A DNA stretch of 64,000 nt from Candidatus Stahliibacteriota bacterium (GTDB lineage: Bacteria; Hydrothermota; Tepidihabitantia; B3-TA06). Under the pieces are notes generated by a model. That model did not search any database and was not told the origin of the DNA. It saw nothing but the letters and a program-made list of their open reading frames with translations. A program made the translations under genes and the position numbers. Positions 52,849 through 63,258 of this stretch are shown here, one piece after another. The stretch lies in NCBI GenBank assembly GCA_004375895.1, contig SOJW01000035.1, forward strand, positions 42,264 through 106,263, in the 5' to 3' direction. Positions within the stretch are counted from its first letter, which is position 1. Each line of letters starts with the position of its first letter.

Positions 52849-54934
52849 GCTGTTTCTCGCCGCATCGGCTATAGCGGTGCTTGCGACCCTAAACCTGGCG
52901 CCGCTTCTCTCACCGCCTCCTAAAATGGAGTATGCCGATGGTGATGTGGTAGAGAAGGATCTCTACGCTCCAATCTCCTTTCCCCTTCCAAAGGACTCAA
53001 CCCGTCTCGTGGCCGAGCAAGACAGTGCCGCAGCAGGGATTCTACCTATCCTTGCTCTGAAGGAGGAAGTCGAGACCAAGTGGCGGCAGACCTTGCGAGA
53101 CCTGCGCACCTCTGACTCGATAGCCAGTGAACTCCATTTAGAGAAACGCGAACTGCTCAGCTCGAAACTGCTTGCCTCCGCAGACAGCGTCGTAGAGGTG
53201 ATTAGCTCCCAAGGCTACTTCCGAGAGAAAGAAGACCTTGCCGCACGCAAGGTAGTCGTCCTTATGGGAGAGGTGGAGATAGGGGAATCTTTAGACAACA
53301 TACTGGGCTTCTGGGACGCTGACACACTGATTGAGAACTCAGCCCGACGCCACTTCACCGCAGATAAACAAAGGGCAGCCCTACTAACAGATATACTCAG
53401 ACGGATCGTTCTGCCCAACCCGAATCTGGTGTATGACAGCGAGGAAACCGAGGCAAGATGCGAAGCTGCACGGAACCGCGTAAGCCCGTATGAGGGATTC
53501 GTTGAACGGGGAGAGTTGATAGTCGAGGCCAACAGCCGTATCGACCCCCTGACCCTTAAGAAAATCGCTGCCCTTAACGCGGAGATAGAGGGCAACTGGA
53601 GATTGAAAATCCAGCTCTTCATCCGCCAGAATCTTCTCTTCATATTAATCCTTTTGGGCCTGGGATTATGTCTTTACCTCTTAAGACGTGAGCCCGAGGT
53701 TCGTGAGTTCCTTTATGTGACAACGTTACTGGTGCTTGGGCTTGCCGCAAGCCTTATCCTGCGACGCTTCTCCATCTGGTGGTTCGTTCCAACCGGCTTT
53801 GTGGCACTAGCCGTCGCCATGTTTCTTGGGCCCCTTGAAGGAATTCTCCTGGCAGGTATCACCTCCATTCTGATATACCTTCCCTGGCAGACTGAGCCGG
53901 AGTATCTTCTTTACGCGCTCCTTTCAGGCTCAGGCGCCCTGCTTGCTTTGCCTTTAATGCATCGCCGCATAGGGTTCGTTGCATCCTTCGGTTTCATACT
54001 CGGTGGAGGAATCATTGCGCGGGGAATCTTCATCCTGACCAAGGTCAACTTCTCGCTTCGTGAACTACCCGTATTGGGATTGGAGGCGGGTATAAATTCT
54101 GCAATCAACTTCGCATTCCTTGCAGCCGCGTTCTTTGCCGCAGAACGTCTATTTGGCTTCACCTCAACCCTTACCCTTGCGGAGCTTGCCGACCTCAACA
54201 AACCGCTGCTCAAGGAACTCTCCCTCAAGGCAACCGGAACATATCACCACAGCGTACTTGTGGGCAGCCTTGCCGAACGCGCCGCCCGGGTAATTGGAGC
54301 CAATCCGGCCCTGGTCCTTGCAAGCGGCTACTATCATGACATAGGCAAGACGGCCAAACCCCAGTACTTTATAGAAAACCAACTGGACGAAGAAAACCCT
54401 CATGATGGGCTCAAGCCTCGTATGTCCGCCTTGATCCTCGCAAACCACGTCAAAAAAGGTCTGGTGATGGCAGGACGTTACCGGCTGCCGCGTCTCATCC
54501 GCGATATAGTGGCCCAGCATCACGGAACCACACGGATGGAGTATTTTTATCGCAAGCATCTTGAGACCAAGGATGCAGAATCCGTACCAGAGGAGGTCTT
54601 CCGTTACCCCGGGCCAAAACCTCAAACCAAGGAGGCGGCGTTGGTGATGCTTGCAGACTCGGTTGAGGCGGCTGTACGCGCCCATGGATTTACAGACCGT
54701 GATGACCTGGAAAGATTCATAAAGGAGATAATAAACGACAAGGTCGCGGACGGTCAGCTGGATGAGTGCCACTTCACCACATCAGACATCCACGAGGTAC
54801 GTAAGGTCTTCACCTCGACCCTTATTGGAATCTTTCACCCAAGAATCCGTTATGAGAAAAAGAATAACGCTACTAGCCCCAGGAAGAATTCAAAGAAAAG
54901 CAGCCCTGCGAAGACTCGTAAAAAGCGTTCTTGA
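52826..54934 (+). CDS. 7TM-HD phosphohydrolase (PgpH-like)
   Basis: Extracellular domain, multiple TM helices, GTYHHS, YYHDIGK, QHHGT, MLADSVEAA. Confidence 0.92.
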   Translation: MIRKNLRRLFLAASAIAVLATLNLAPLLSPPPKMEYADGDVVEKDLYAPISFPLPKDSTRLVAEQDSAAAGILPILALKEEVETKWRQTLRDLRTSDSIASELHLEKRELLSSKLLASADSVVEVISSQGYFREKEDLAARKVVVLMGEVEIGESLDNILGFWDADTLIENSARRHFTADKQRAALLTDILRRIVLPNPNLVYDSEETEARCEAARNRVSPYEGFVERGELIVEANSRIDPLTLKKIAALNAEIEGNWRLKIQLFIRQNLLFILILLGLGLCLYLLRREPEVREFLYVTTLLVLGLAASLILRRFSIWWFVPTGFVALAVAMFLGPLEGILLAGITSILIYLPWQTEPEYLLYALLSGSGALLALPLMHRRIGFVASFGFILGGGIIARGIFILTKVNFSLRELPVLGLEAGINSAINFAFLAAAFFAAERLFGFTSTLTLAELADLNKPLLKELSLKATGTYHHSVLVGSLAERAARVIGANPALVLASGYYHDIGKTAKPQYFIENQLDEENPHDGLKPRMSALILANHVKKGLVMAGRYRLPRLIRDIVAQHHGTTRMEYFYRKHLETKDAESVPEEVFRYPGPKPQTKEAALVMLADSVEAAVRAHGFTDRDDLERFIKEIINDKVADGQLDECHFTTSDIHEVRKVFTSTLIGIFHPRIRYEKKNNATSPRKNSKKSSPAKTRKKRS

Positions 54935-55232
54935 CGCCCAGGGCTGCAACAAGCGGGTTAATATCGTGTTAACGGACGACGAAACGCTTAGAGATTTAAA
55001 TGAACGCTTCAAGGGGCGCAAAGGACCCACCGACGTCCTGGCATTTGACTTTGAGGAGCCGGATTTCCTTGGAGAGGTCTACGTGTCCCTCGATCGCGCC
55101 CGCGAACAAGCTCTAGACTACGGTGTAAGCGAGGAAGAAGAGATAGAAAGGCTCGTACTTCACGGCCTGCTGCATCTTTTGGGATACCCCCACACACAGA
55201 TGGAACCAATAATGAAGCGGTACCTGGGATGA
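54852..55232 (+). CDS. ybeY: rRNA maturation endoribonuclease YbeY
   Basis: LN.RF...GPTDVLAF, LGEVYVS, HGLLHLLGY.H. Confidence 0.92.
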   Translation: MRKRITLLAPGRIQRKAALRRLVKSVLDAQGCNKRVNIVLTDDETLRDLNERFKGRKGPTDVLAFDFEEPDFLGEVYVSLDRAREQALDYGVSEEEEIERLVLHGLLHLLGYPHTQMEPIMKRYLG

Positions 55233-55241
55233 TTATCTAAG

Positions 55242-56471
55242 ATGATCCCGATTCTTACGACCATCCTTATCCTGCTTGTAGCAAGCGCCTTCTTCTCAAG
55301 TGCGGAGACCGCATACTTCTCCATCTCGCCGCTGCGCAGCGCACAGCTGGGACAGGCAGGGCTCGTGCGCTGGCTGCTCTCATCACGCGACCGGCTTCTG
55401 GGAACAATCCTTTCAGGCAACCACATCGTCAACTTCACCGCCACCGCCCTCTGGACAACACTACTCATAATGGCATCAAAGCGTTGGGGGTGGAATGAAA
55501 CCGAGACCCTCTCTATAGGTGCGGCTTTAATGGTTGTAACGCTTCTTATCCTAGGCGAGATAACACCCAAGATTGTTGCGGTAAGACTGCCGATGAAAAT
55601 TGCCAGGCTCTATGCGCCTGTATTGATATTCTTCTGGTGGCTATTCTTCCCCCTAACCTGGGCTCTCTCCTCCCTCTCCAGATTGATCTTCCGAGGCCGC
55701 CCCAGAGAACGCCCCTTTCCCACGGACGAGGAGGTCAAAACCATGATCGAGATGGCGGTGCGTTACGGCATACTTCGCCCACAGGAGGAACAGATCATGG
55801 AGAATCTTGTGGATCTGGGCGAACGCACAGTAAGTGAGGTGATGACCCCGCGTGTAGGGATGAGTGCCCTGCCTGTCAATACAAGTCGTTACAAAGCGCT
55901 TGCCTACGTCAAACGGACACATAAATCTCGTTACCCGATCTACGAGGACACCACCGACAAGATAGTTGGGGTGCTCTACACCAAGGATCTGATTGTAGCC
56001 CCAAAGCGCACCTCCATCAGGAGGCTTCTACGCGAGCCTTACTTCGTGCCTGAAACCAAAGTCCTTTCAGAGCTTCTGGAAGAGCTGCGGCGCTCCGATC
56101 AACATATAGCCATAGTGGTGGACGAGTTCGGCGGTATCGCAGGCCTGGCGACACTTGAGGATATACTCGAGGCAATCTTCGGTGAGATTGTGGACGAGTA
56201 CGACACCGGGGTTCCCTACAAACGCCTTGGCCGCGGGAGATACCTTGTAGACGGCGATATAGACCTGGCCAAACTCAACGAGTTTTTTGACGATGCCTTC
56301 GCAGAAGCAGAGGATGAGTTCGACAGGCTCTCCGAACTCATAACACACGAGCTGGGACACATACCGAAGCGTGGGGAGAAGATGAGCTACAAGGGGATTG
56401 ATCTTACTATGCGAAGTGTGAGACGCCTGCGTATAGAAAAGGTTCTGCTGGAACAAAAGAGGACCAAGTGA
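55242..56471 (+). CDS. CNNM/CBS/CorC (hemolysin-family) protein
   Basis: FFSSAETA, GEITPK, VMTPR, VVDEFGG..G..TLEDILE. Confidence 0.92.
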   Translation: MIPILTTILILLVASAFFSSAETAYFSISPLRSAQLGQAGLVRWLLSSRDRLLGTILSGNHIVNFTATALWTTLLIMASKRWGWNETETLSIGAALMVVTLLILGEITPKIVAVRLPMKIARLYAPVLIFFWWLFFPLTWALSSLSRLIFRGRPRERPFPTDEEVKTMIEMAVRYGILRPQEEQIMENLVDLGERTVSEVMTPRVGMSALPVNTSRYKALAYVKRTHKSRYPIYEDTTDKIVGVLYTKDLIVAPKRTSIRRLLREPYFVPETKVLSELLEELRRSDQHIAIVVDEFGGIAGLATLEDILEAIFGEIVDEYDTGVPYKRLGRGRYLVDGDIDLAKLNEFFDDAFAEAEDEFDRLSELITHELGHIPKRGEKMSYKGIDLTMRSVRRLRIEKVLLEQKRTK

Positions 56472-57394
56472 CGCTTCTTTTAGGTATACTCTTCATATTT
56501 ATCCAGGGCTTCTTTTCCGGTTCGGAAACGGCCTACGTGGTGGCGAACCCGGTGAGGGTAGCTCATCTTTCTAAGAAAACCCGCAGACAGGAAAAGGCTA
56601 TAGAGCTCTTAAACAACCCCGAACTCCTACTGGTAGCCACCCTTATAGGAACCAACATCGCGGTTGTCCTCTCAGGGTTGTTCCTCACCGCCTTCTTCGT
56701 GGATCAACTCAACGAAACCTTGGGAACGATCGTGGCTATCATCGTAGGTGTGCTGGCAGGATTGCTGCTCGGCGAGTATCTGCCCAAGAATCTGGCCCGG
56801 TTGAACGCAGAGCAAGTGGTGATAGCTACCTCTCCTTTCTATTCCGTGGCGATAGTGCTTTCAAAACCCTTCAGAAGACTCTTTCGTCGCCCTAAGAGAA
56901 AGGAGAAAAGAGGCGAACGTCTCTCCATCACACGGCTGGATATGCTCACCGCACTGAGACTCGGCGAAAAGATTGGGAGTATAGAAGAAAAAACCTCACC
57001 TCGCGTCGCCAACCTCTTCAGTGCATTCGACACCCCCCTTGGTGACGTGATGACCCCGTGGGATCGTGTGGTAACGCTGAAGACCGGCACCAAACGTGGC
57101 AATATCCTTAAGGTGATTGAGCGGGAGGGATTCACACGTTACCCTGTTTTGAATCGCCGCACCGGACGCATCAAGGGCATCCTGCACGCCAAGGACCTTC
57201 TGCGGGAAAAACCCAGATTGAGCAAGCCCTTCTTCACCACGCCGGGCGCTCGCATCACCGAACTTCTGCGCACCATGCAGAACAACCGGGCGCACATGGC
57301 GATCGTTTTAGACAGAGAGGATAAGCCTGTAGGGCTTGTCACCCTCGAGGACCTGCTTGAGGAGTTCGTTGGCGAGATCCGCAGCGAGGAATAA
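56468..57394 (+). CDS. CNNM/CBS protein lacking the CorC domain
   Basis: FFSGSETA, GEYLPK, TLEDLLEEFVGEI. Confidence 0.9.
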   Translation: MTLLLGILFIFIQGFFSGSETAYVVANPVRVAHLSKKTRRQEKAIELLNNPELLLVATLIGTNIAVVLSGLFLTAFFVDQLNETLGTIVAIIVGVLAGLLLGEYLPKNLARLNAEQVVIATSPFYSVAIVLSKPFRRLFRRPKRKEKRGERLSITRLDMLTALRLGEKIGSIEEKTSPRVANLFSAFDTPLGDVMTPWDRVVTLKTGTKRGNILKVIEREGFTRYPVLNRRTGRIKGILHAKDLLREKPRLSKPFFTTPGARITELLRTMQNNRAHMAIVLDREDKPVGLVTLEDLLEEFVGEIRSEE

Positions 57395-57495
57395 CCTTCA
57401 CCCCACCAGGCTACTTCGTATCCTGGCGGGGACCCCGACGTAAATCCTCCTTTTTCCCTGCGGGAAAAAGATCGGAGAGGGGAGAATGTAGAGAG

Positions 57496-57561
57496 GTAGG
57501 GGCACGGCATACCCTATGAGCGTATGAACCGCTCAAGGGGCACGCTGTGCCGTACCCATAC
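57496..57561. repeat. GTAG REP interrupted by a nested 38-bp element
   Basis: GTAGGGGCACGGCA | TACCCTAT-hairpin-AAGGGGCACGCTG | TGCCGTACCCATAC. Confidence 0.85.
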
Positions 57562-57603
57562 TTTCTATCTCCATAGGAAGTCAGGAATGCCCCGAAGGGG
57601 AAA

Positions 57604-57649
57604 CGGTGTTTTACGGGTGGTGTTACGGGTACGGGTGTTACGGGGGGGG
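57604..57649. repeat. Irregular GTGTTACGGG array directly upstream of a promoter
   Basis: CGGTGTTTTACGGGTGGTGTTACGGGTACGGGTGTTACGGGGGGGG followed by TTGACA. Confidence 0.85.
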
Positions 57650-57876
57650 CTTGACATATCCCTAAATCTTCCTATGATAATTATAGAGGTCTTTATGGGT
57701 CGGATGGAACTCCTATATGCTCAATTCCAACACATAAAAGAGGACGTCACTAACGCAAAGACAGGGTGGGAGATCGGTGTAAACCCCCGACTCTTACTCT
57801 TTAAACCAAGAGCCAACCCGGCAGGATGGTTTCTGAAAAAGCCATTCCGCAGGGGAAAATAAAAAGGAGGACATAA

Positions 57877-59910
57877 ATGCTTAAAAAACTCATCCTGCTG
57901 ACGGCGGTGTTTGCGATAGCCGCCTTTGCGGTGGTTGGTCCTGTTAAGGTACCGGAAGGGGTGGAAGTCGGTTTTGCCCCTGTCCTGCCCCTGAGGGACG
58001 ATCCAATAACCCCTGTCTCATCTATCTCATCCGGCACGGCCGTGCTTTTGACCGAAGGAGAACAAGCCGGCGTCACCACCTACGATTATCAGCAGAACGG
58101 TGCGATGGGCAACCGGATTGCGGTGGATGATAGTGGATACATTCAGCTCTGCTGGATGCACTCGGAAGACGAACCTTCATCCTTCCCTCCTTCCTTCCCG
58201 AATCGTGACATCTACTACAACGTGTGGGGAGAGACTGGTGGTTTCGTCTGGCCTGACGGCCAGAAGGCATCGGGTGAGCCCCGTGCAGGTTACACTACGA
58301 TGGGCTTGCTTTCTGACGATCGGGCTGTAGTTGCGTTCCACCATACTCCGACTGCTAATGTCTCAGCCGTTGTAGTTGATGCTATCCCCCGGTTTGGTGC
58401 ATTCAGTTCACCGGTTGATGTTGATCCCATCACCGTCCCTGAGCAGCCGATCTGGCCGCATATCGTTGTGGGAGCGGACGATGTGATCCACGTTACCGCT
58501 CACATCTCTCCGGCTGATCCGGCAAACCCGCCTGACAACGTTGACTATCTCTACTACTCTCGTTCCACCGATGAAGGGCAAACCTTCTCCGAGTGGAAAG
58601 TCATCACCCAGACCGCCGGCAGCGACGCTGCCATCGCGGTATCTAAGGACGGCAGCAAGGTTGCCATAGCCTGGATGGACGCTTTCCCAATCGAAGGTAT
58701 AGACTGGAGAAGGGCTATGAGCGGTAACATAAAGTACGTGGAGTCTACGAACAGCGGTGCAAGCTGGAGCGCTCCTGTGAACGTCACGGCGGATTACTAC
58801 ACTCAGGAGCCGGTACCCAACAGCAGTGAGGAAGGCATGTGGTGGGGTGCCTGGTACCGTGATCTTGATTGTGCCTACGACGCAGCCGGCAATCTCCACA
58901 TCGGTTGGGGAGAAGGGTTGATGGCCTACGAAGTGCACGGCGAGCCTCCCAATGATAGCCTCTTTTTCTGGTCGATGCATAAACATTTCCTTAGAATGGT
59001 CCATTGGAGTGAGGTTACCAACAAGCGCAACATTGCTTCCGGCCCCTACAGCCAGTTCGTTCCTCTAACCGAGGAAGGTGACACCATCTGGGATATATAC
59101 GGCTTCTACTTGTGGGGAATCCGTGAAAGGATACAGAACTATTACAGTCCGGGTCTTGGCTGCTGGAATCCGCAGCTTGCCGCTATAGGCTCGGGCGACG
59201 ACATGGTCTTCACCTGGCAAGGCCAGTGGGATTCTCTTGACGTCAACGCGGGCGGAGCCATCAACGCCGACATCTATGCCGCAATCTCCACTAACGGCGG
59301 TGCAACATGGGGTGGAGTCGCAGATTGGACTGAGAGCGAGTTCGACGAAAATGGTTTCGGCTTGGTTGCCTACGCCACTAACCTTACAAACACACACAGC
59401 CCTGGTGCCAGGATCGGCGATTGTGAAAGCGAGGAGTACCACTCCGTCTACCCATGGATTGGCGAAGATAGCATCCTTCACATAACCTATGTCAAGGACC
59501 TTTTCTCTGGATCTGTCGTTCAGAAGGTTCCTACCGGTGGAATCTCAACCAGAAACCCGGTGATGTATCTGGGCAGCGAGGTGTATGTAGGCGACGGCCC
59601 GGAACCCACGCCACAACCAGAATCAACATCTGTTGCGGAAGCCCCTCGTGATGAAACCCCCCTCATCACGCTCCTCGGCCAGCACCCGGTCGCCAACTCC
59701 GTGGTCTTCAGCGTAAGCGCACCTGGTACTCATGCCTGGCTGAAGATCTACGACGTTGCCGGCAAACTGGTTGAGACGGTCTTTGAAGGCACGCTCGATG
59801 GCACCCGCATGCTTACCTGGGACGCGTCAGCGACGCCTGCCGGTGTCTACTTCTACTCATTCGTCACGCCTGCACATACCGCGAGCGGTCGAGTGGTGAT
59901 TATAAGGTAG
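57877..59910 (+). CDS. Secreted BNR/Asp-box protein with T9SS/FlgD-like C-terminal domain
   Basis: Signal peptide; STDEGQTF, STNSGASW, STNGGATW; IYDVAGKLV..WDA...AGVYFY. Confidence 0.88.
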   Translation: MLKKLILLTAVFAIAAFAVVGPVKVPEGVEVGFAPVLPLRDDPITPVSSISSGTAVLLTEGEQAGVTTYDYQQNGAMGNRIAVDDSGYIQLCWMHSEDEPSSFPPSFPNRDIYYNVWGETGGFVWPDGQKASGEPRAGYTTMGLLSDDRAVVAFHHTPTANVSAVVVDAIPRFGAFSSPVDVDPITVPEQPIWPHIVVGADDVIHVTAHISPADPANPPDNVDYLYYSRSTDEGQTFSEWKVITQTAGSDAAIAVSKDGSKVAIAWMDAFPIEGIDWRRAMSGNIKYVESTNSGASWSAPVNVTADYYTQEPVPNSSEEGMWWGAWYRDLDCAYDAAGNLHIGWGEGLMAYEVHGEPPNDSLFFWSMHKHFLRMVHWSEVTNKRNIASGPYSQFVPLTEEGDTIWDIYGFYLWGIRERIQNYYSPGLGCWNPQLAAIGSGDDMVFTWQGQWDSLDVNAGGAINADIYAAISTNGGATWGGVADWTESEFDENGFGLVAYATNLTNTHSPGARIGDCESEEYHSVYPWIGEDSILHITYVKDLFSGSVVQKVPTGGISTRNPVMYLGSEVYVGDGPEPTPQPESTSVAEAPRDETPLITLLGQHPVANSVVFSVSAPGTHAWLKIYDVAGKLVETVFEGTLDGTRMLTWDASATPAGVYFYSFVTPAHTASGRVVIIR

Positions 59911-59974
59911 GTGAAACGGGGTCGGATGGCGGGAAGTCCCGGGGCTCCCAGGCTCCTCCTTCTCGGGACTCCCG

Positions 59975-60020
59975 CCCCCCGTAACACCGTAACACCGTAA
60001 CACACCGCAACACACCCACC
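59975..60020. repeat. Intergenic 8-bp-unit GTAACACC array upstream of a promoter
   Basis: CCCCCC GTAACACC GTAACACC GTAACACACC GCAACACACCCACC followed by TTGACA. Confidence 0.88.
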
Positions 60021-60067
60021 CCTTGACAAGGTTCCAAAAAAGCCTACACTCTTTTAGGAGGTTGTGT

Positions 60068-61324
60068 ATGAAAAGTGTGTGGAAGATTGTCGTGATCTTG
60101 GGTGTGGTGATCCTAGCCTTATGGGGATGCCAGAGAGATGAAGATGAGACCATTGATTATCCAAGCGCTGTCACTCTGATAGCTCCCCAAGACGGTACCC
60201 ATTTCAAAGAAACACCCCCCACATTCCTCTGGAGTTCTGATTCCCTAGCTACATCCTACATACTGCGTATAGCGACAGATGAGTTCTCAACTGGCGCGGT
60301 TCTGATTAAGGACACCCTGACTGACACCATCTATAAGATGAGCGAAAACTTGTTCTCACAGATCTATCAAGGAACATACAAGTGGGCCGTGGCCCCGCTT
60401 CCAGCAGAGGATGAACTCCTCTGGAGCGAAGTCTGGTCTTTTAGCGTAGATAAATCCTATCCTCCACCACCCCCTATTCTAATCGCACCAGAGGACGGCG
60501 CGGTGTTCGATCTTGAACCGCCTGACTTCATCTGGCACAAGGACAATTCGGCATCGTCGTACGTGATCCGCGTAGTCAAGGATGCCTTCTTCACCGGGGA
60601 GAAGATTGTCGTGGATACCCTAAAGGACACTACTTACACCATGACCCAGGAGGACTTCGAGATTGCCCTTAATGCAGATTACGTCTGGTCAGTGGCTCCA
60701 CTTTACTTAGAAGGCGGCTTAACCTGGAGGGAGTTCCGAAGTTTCACCCTCGATAAGCCCATGCCTGAGCTTGACTTGGATACCACATACTTTCCCCTTG
60801 GATTAAATTACGAGTGGGCTTACGAAAGGCATCTGTGGGGGGATGACTATTCGGACCCCAACAATCCCGACCCGCCCGTATGGGATTATTACGATACTGT
60901 AACCATCACTGTTGCTGATTCCGTCCTCGGAGTGAACGGCTGGGAGTTCTATCTGGAAGGCTACCTCTTCAGAGATGTGGGTGATACCGTCTACATATTC
61001 GGTAACCGGGTGCTGGTCTTTGAAGACGAAAAGATAACCTTCAATCCACAAGCAACTGGACCTCGCGGTGCTAATGAAGGTCTTGAAATAACATACTCAC
61101 AAGACACACTTAATTTATCTGAAGCCTTCTTAGAGACATGGGAACCTATCGGCGAGTCCTACTTGAGAAAAGCTGTCTCACGAATAAAGGGTACAGGCGT
61201 GGTGGCCCAACTCTACAGATCTAGCTCTTCTGGGCACGGCTGGGAAAAGGAAAGTAATGTTGTAGATACCTTACTTTACTTCTTTAACGGGAAAGATACC
61301 GTTTGGCGCAGGGAGGGATCATGA
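60068..61324 (+). CDS. Lipoprotein with two Ig/FnIII-like repeats
   Basis: LWGC lipobox; two LIAP.DG..PP.F.W repeats. Confidence 0.8.
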   Translation: MKSVWKIVVILGVVILALWGCQRDEDETIDYPSAVTLIAPQDGTHFKETPPTFLWSSDSLATSYILRIATDEFSTGAVLIKDTLTDTIYKMSENLFSQIYQGTYKWAVAPLPAEDELLWSEVWSFSVDKSYPPPPPILIAPEDGAVFDLEPPDFIWHKDNSASSYVIRVVKDAFFTGEKIVVDTLKDTTYTMTQEDFEIALNADYVWSVAPLYLEGGLTWREFRSFTLDKPMPELDLDTTYFPLGLNYEWAYERHLWGDDYSDPNNPDPPVWDYYDTVTITVADSVLGVNGWEFYLEGYLFRDVGDTVYIFGNRVLVFEDEKITFNPQATGPRGANEGLEITYSQDTLNLSEAFLETWEPIGESYLRKAVSRIKGTGVVAQLYRSSSSGHGWEKESNVVDTLLYFFNGKDTVWRREGS

Positions 61325-62730
61325 GACGGATTCTAACGTTTAGCGGGATAGTCTTAGTAATTGCCCTGATTGACTGCCATCAGGAACCAGAGATTATAGG
61401 TACTTACCTTGCAGTTTCCTCAACCCCCCAAGGCGCGGATGTATATATAGACGACAGTCTTACTGAATATCAGACCAATTGCGTGATCCCTGACATCGAA
61501 CCCGGTGAATACAAGATTAGCCTGAAACTCTACGATTTCCCGGAGTGGTCAACGGTAGTCAAGGTGGAGGAAGGTGAAACGACTAAAGTGGCCGGAATAT
61601 TCCCAACCAACGAAGGGGCCATCAAGTGGGTATACCCTCTAGGGGATTATTACCGTGGATATCAACCCGCTATAGGACCTGACGGAACCGTATACCTTTA
61701 CAAGGGGGATCTTTTTGCCCTGAATCCTGACGGGGCGATCAAATGGACGTACTCTGCAGAAGGAGGTTCAGAATGGGCTGTAGTTGGCCCGGATGGTACA
61801 ATCTACATTGAGCAAAATGAGCATGAAACGGCTAAAATCTGCGCACTTACCTCCTCGGGTTCATTAAAGTGGGAATTCCAAATCGATTCAATCCGAGCAG
61901 TTTCCACAGCTTTTGCTATTGGCGCAGAAGGGACAATTTACTTCGCAATAGATAACTGGTTGTTAAATCCCTCCAAAAGCTGGTTGTACGCTTTGACATC
62001 AAGTGGAATCCTCAAGTGGAAAAGAGAAATCACATACGCAGGTATTCCTGTGATTGGCGCTGACGGCACTGTTTATGTAAATAGTCGCCATTATCTATAC
62101 GCCTTCGATCCAGATGGAGATTTAAAGTGGGCATACCAGGGAACCGACTGGACCTCCATTCCAGCAATCGGTTCGGACGGCACCCTGTACTTCGGAGAAG
62201 GTGACTACCTGTGCGCACTTTCCCCGAATGGCATACTTAAATGGAAACATCAAACTTCTGGAACTGTCTACTCACCTTCTATCGGTAGTGAAGGGAATAT
62301 TTATTTTGCAAGCACAATCTGGGAGTGGGAAGAAGATGAATGGGGTGAAGAATGGGCACATCCGGTTGAAGCCTATCTTTACTGTTTTTCGTCTTCCGGA
62401 AATGTGCTGTGGAAAAGTGACCTGGCTCAATGGAGTGGATCAACCCCCGCCATTGGTTCCGACGGGTCTATCTATGCAACTACATTTGAAGTAATCGGGC
62501 ATGAAGAAGTCCAAAGCCTTTACGCCTTTGACTCTGAAGGAAACTTCAAATGGAAATGCGACGGACCTTCAACAACAAGTTCACCTGCAATAGGAAACGA
62601 CGGAACTATTTACGTCTACGGTTACTCTGAATTCTACGCAATCCAAAGCTCATCCTTCGGCCTTGCCTCATCCCCCTGGCCCAAGTTTGCCCACGACAAC
62701 CAGAACACAGGACGCGCTGGCGTCCCGTAG
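61321..62730 (+). CDS. PEGA domain plus PQQ-like beta-propeller protein
   Basis: VSSTPQGADVYID; repeated PAIG.DGT.Y / G..KW; WPKF.HDNQNTG. Confidence 0.9.
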   Translation: MRRILTFSGIVLVIALIDCHQEPEIIGTYLAVSSTPQGADVYIDDSLTEYQTNCVIPDIEPGEYKISLKLYDFPEWSTVVKVEEGETTKVAGIFPTNEGAIKWVYPLGDYYRGYQPAIGPDGTVYLYKGDLFALNPDGAIKWTYSAEGGSEWAVVGPDGTIYIEQNEHETAKICALTSSGSLKWEFQIDSIRAVSTAFAIGAEGTIYFAIDNWLLNPSKSWLYALTSSGILKWKREITYAGIPVIGADGTVYVNSRHYLYAFDPDGDLKWAYQGTDWTSIPAIGSDGTLYFGEGDYLCALSPNGILKWKHQTSGTVYSPSIGSEGNIYFASTIWEWEEDEWGEEWAHPVEAYLYCFSSSGNVLWKSDLAQWSGSTPAIGSDGSIYATTFEVIGHEEVQSLYAFDSEGNFKWKCDGPSTTSSPAIGNDGTIYVYGYSEFYAIQSSSFGLASSPWPKFAHDNQNTGRAGVP

Positions 62731-62744
62731 AGGCGCTGGCGCAC

Positions 62745-62777
62745 AATGCAAATTTCAAATTGCAAAATGCAAAATTG
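62745..62777. repeat. 7-bp tandem repeat between convergent genes
   Basis: AATGCAAATTTCAAATTGCAAAATGCAAAATTG. Confidence 0.7.
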
Positions 62778-62799
62778 ATCGGGCTGGACGGATAATAAT

Positions 62800-63258
62800 T
62801 CACGGTTGGAGGTGCTTTCTTACCGACTCCTCGATACTTTCAAGTGCTCCTGTCACCTCGTGGGTCAAGGGTGAGTTGAACTCAAGGCTCTGAGCCTGGA
62901 TACCTAAAAGCTCGATCTTCAAATCAGGGTGATCAACCAAAGTCATTTTAACCCAAAAGGATAAGGGCACCCCGTGGGTGGAGATGGTGCGGATGGGAAG
63001 CTGCTCGATCTCCTCGGATGTAAAAAAGCGGACCTCGCCCGGCTGGCCGCCCCAGTCGCACGCGTCTATGAGTAAGACCCTATCGGGTTTTTCTTTATCC
63101 ACAAGACCTAAAGCGTTCTCAGGAACCTCACCCGCATCCAAAAGCAGCCAGTCTTGGGGTAAGTCCATGGATTCTTTTAATCGATCAATGGCAAGCGGCC
63201 CAACCGCGTCATCGGCACGCATCCGGTTACCTACACCAACTATCAGCACCTTAGCCAT
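62800..63258 (-). CDS. Hydrogenase maturation protease (HycI-like)
   Basis: GVGN.MRADDAVG, DAGEVPEN, IDA, STH..PL. Confidence 0.92.
   Translation of the reverse strand: MAKVLIVGVGNRMRADDAVGPLAIDRLKESMDLPQDWLLLDAGEVPENALGLVDKEKPDRVLLIDACDWGGQPGEVRFFTSEEIEQLPIRTISTHGVPLSFWVKMTLVDHPDLKIELLGIQAQSLEFNSPLTHEVTGALESIEESVRKHLQP

Noticed and set aside
57524..57862. 112-aa ORF
   Set aside because: Built from REP and GTGTTACGGG repeats and spans a promoter
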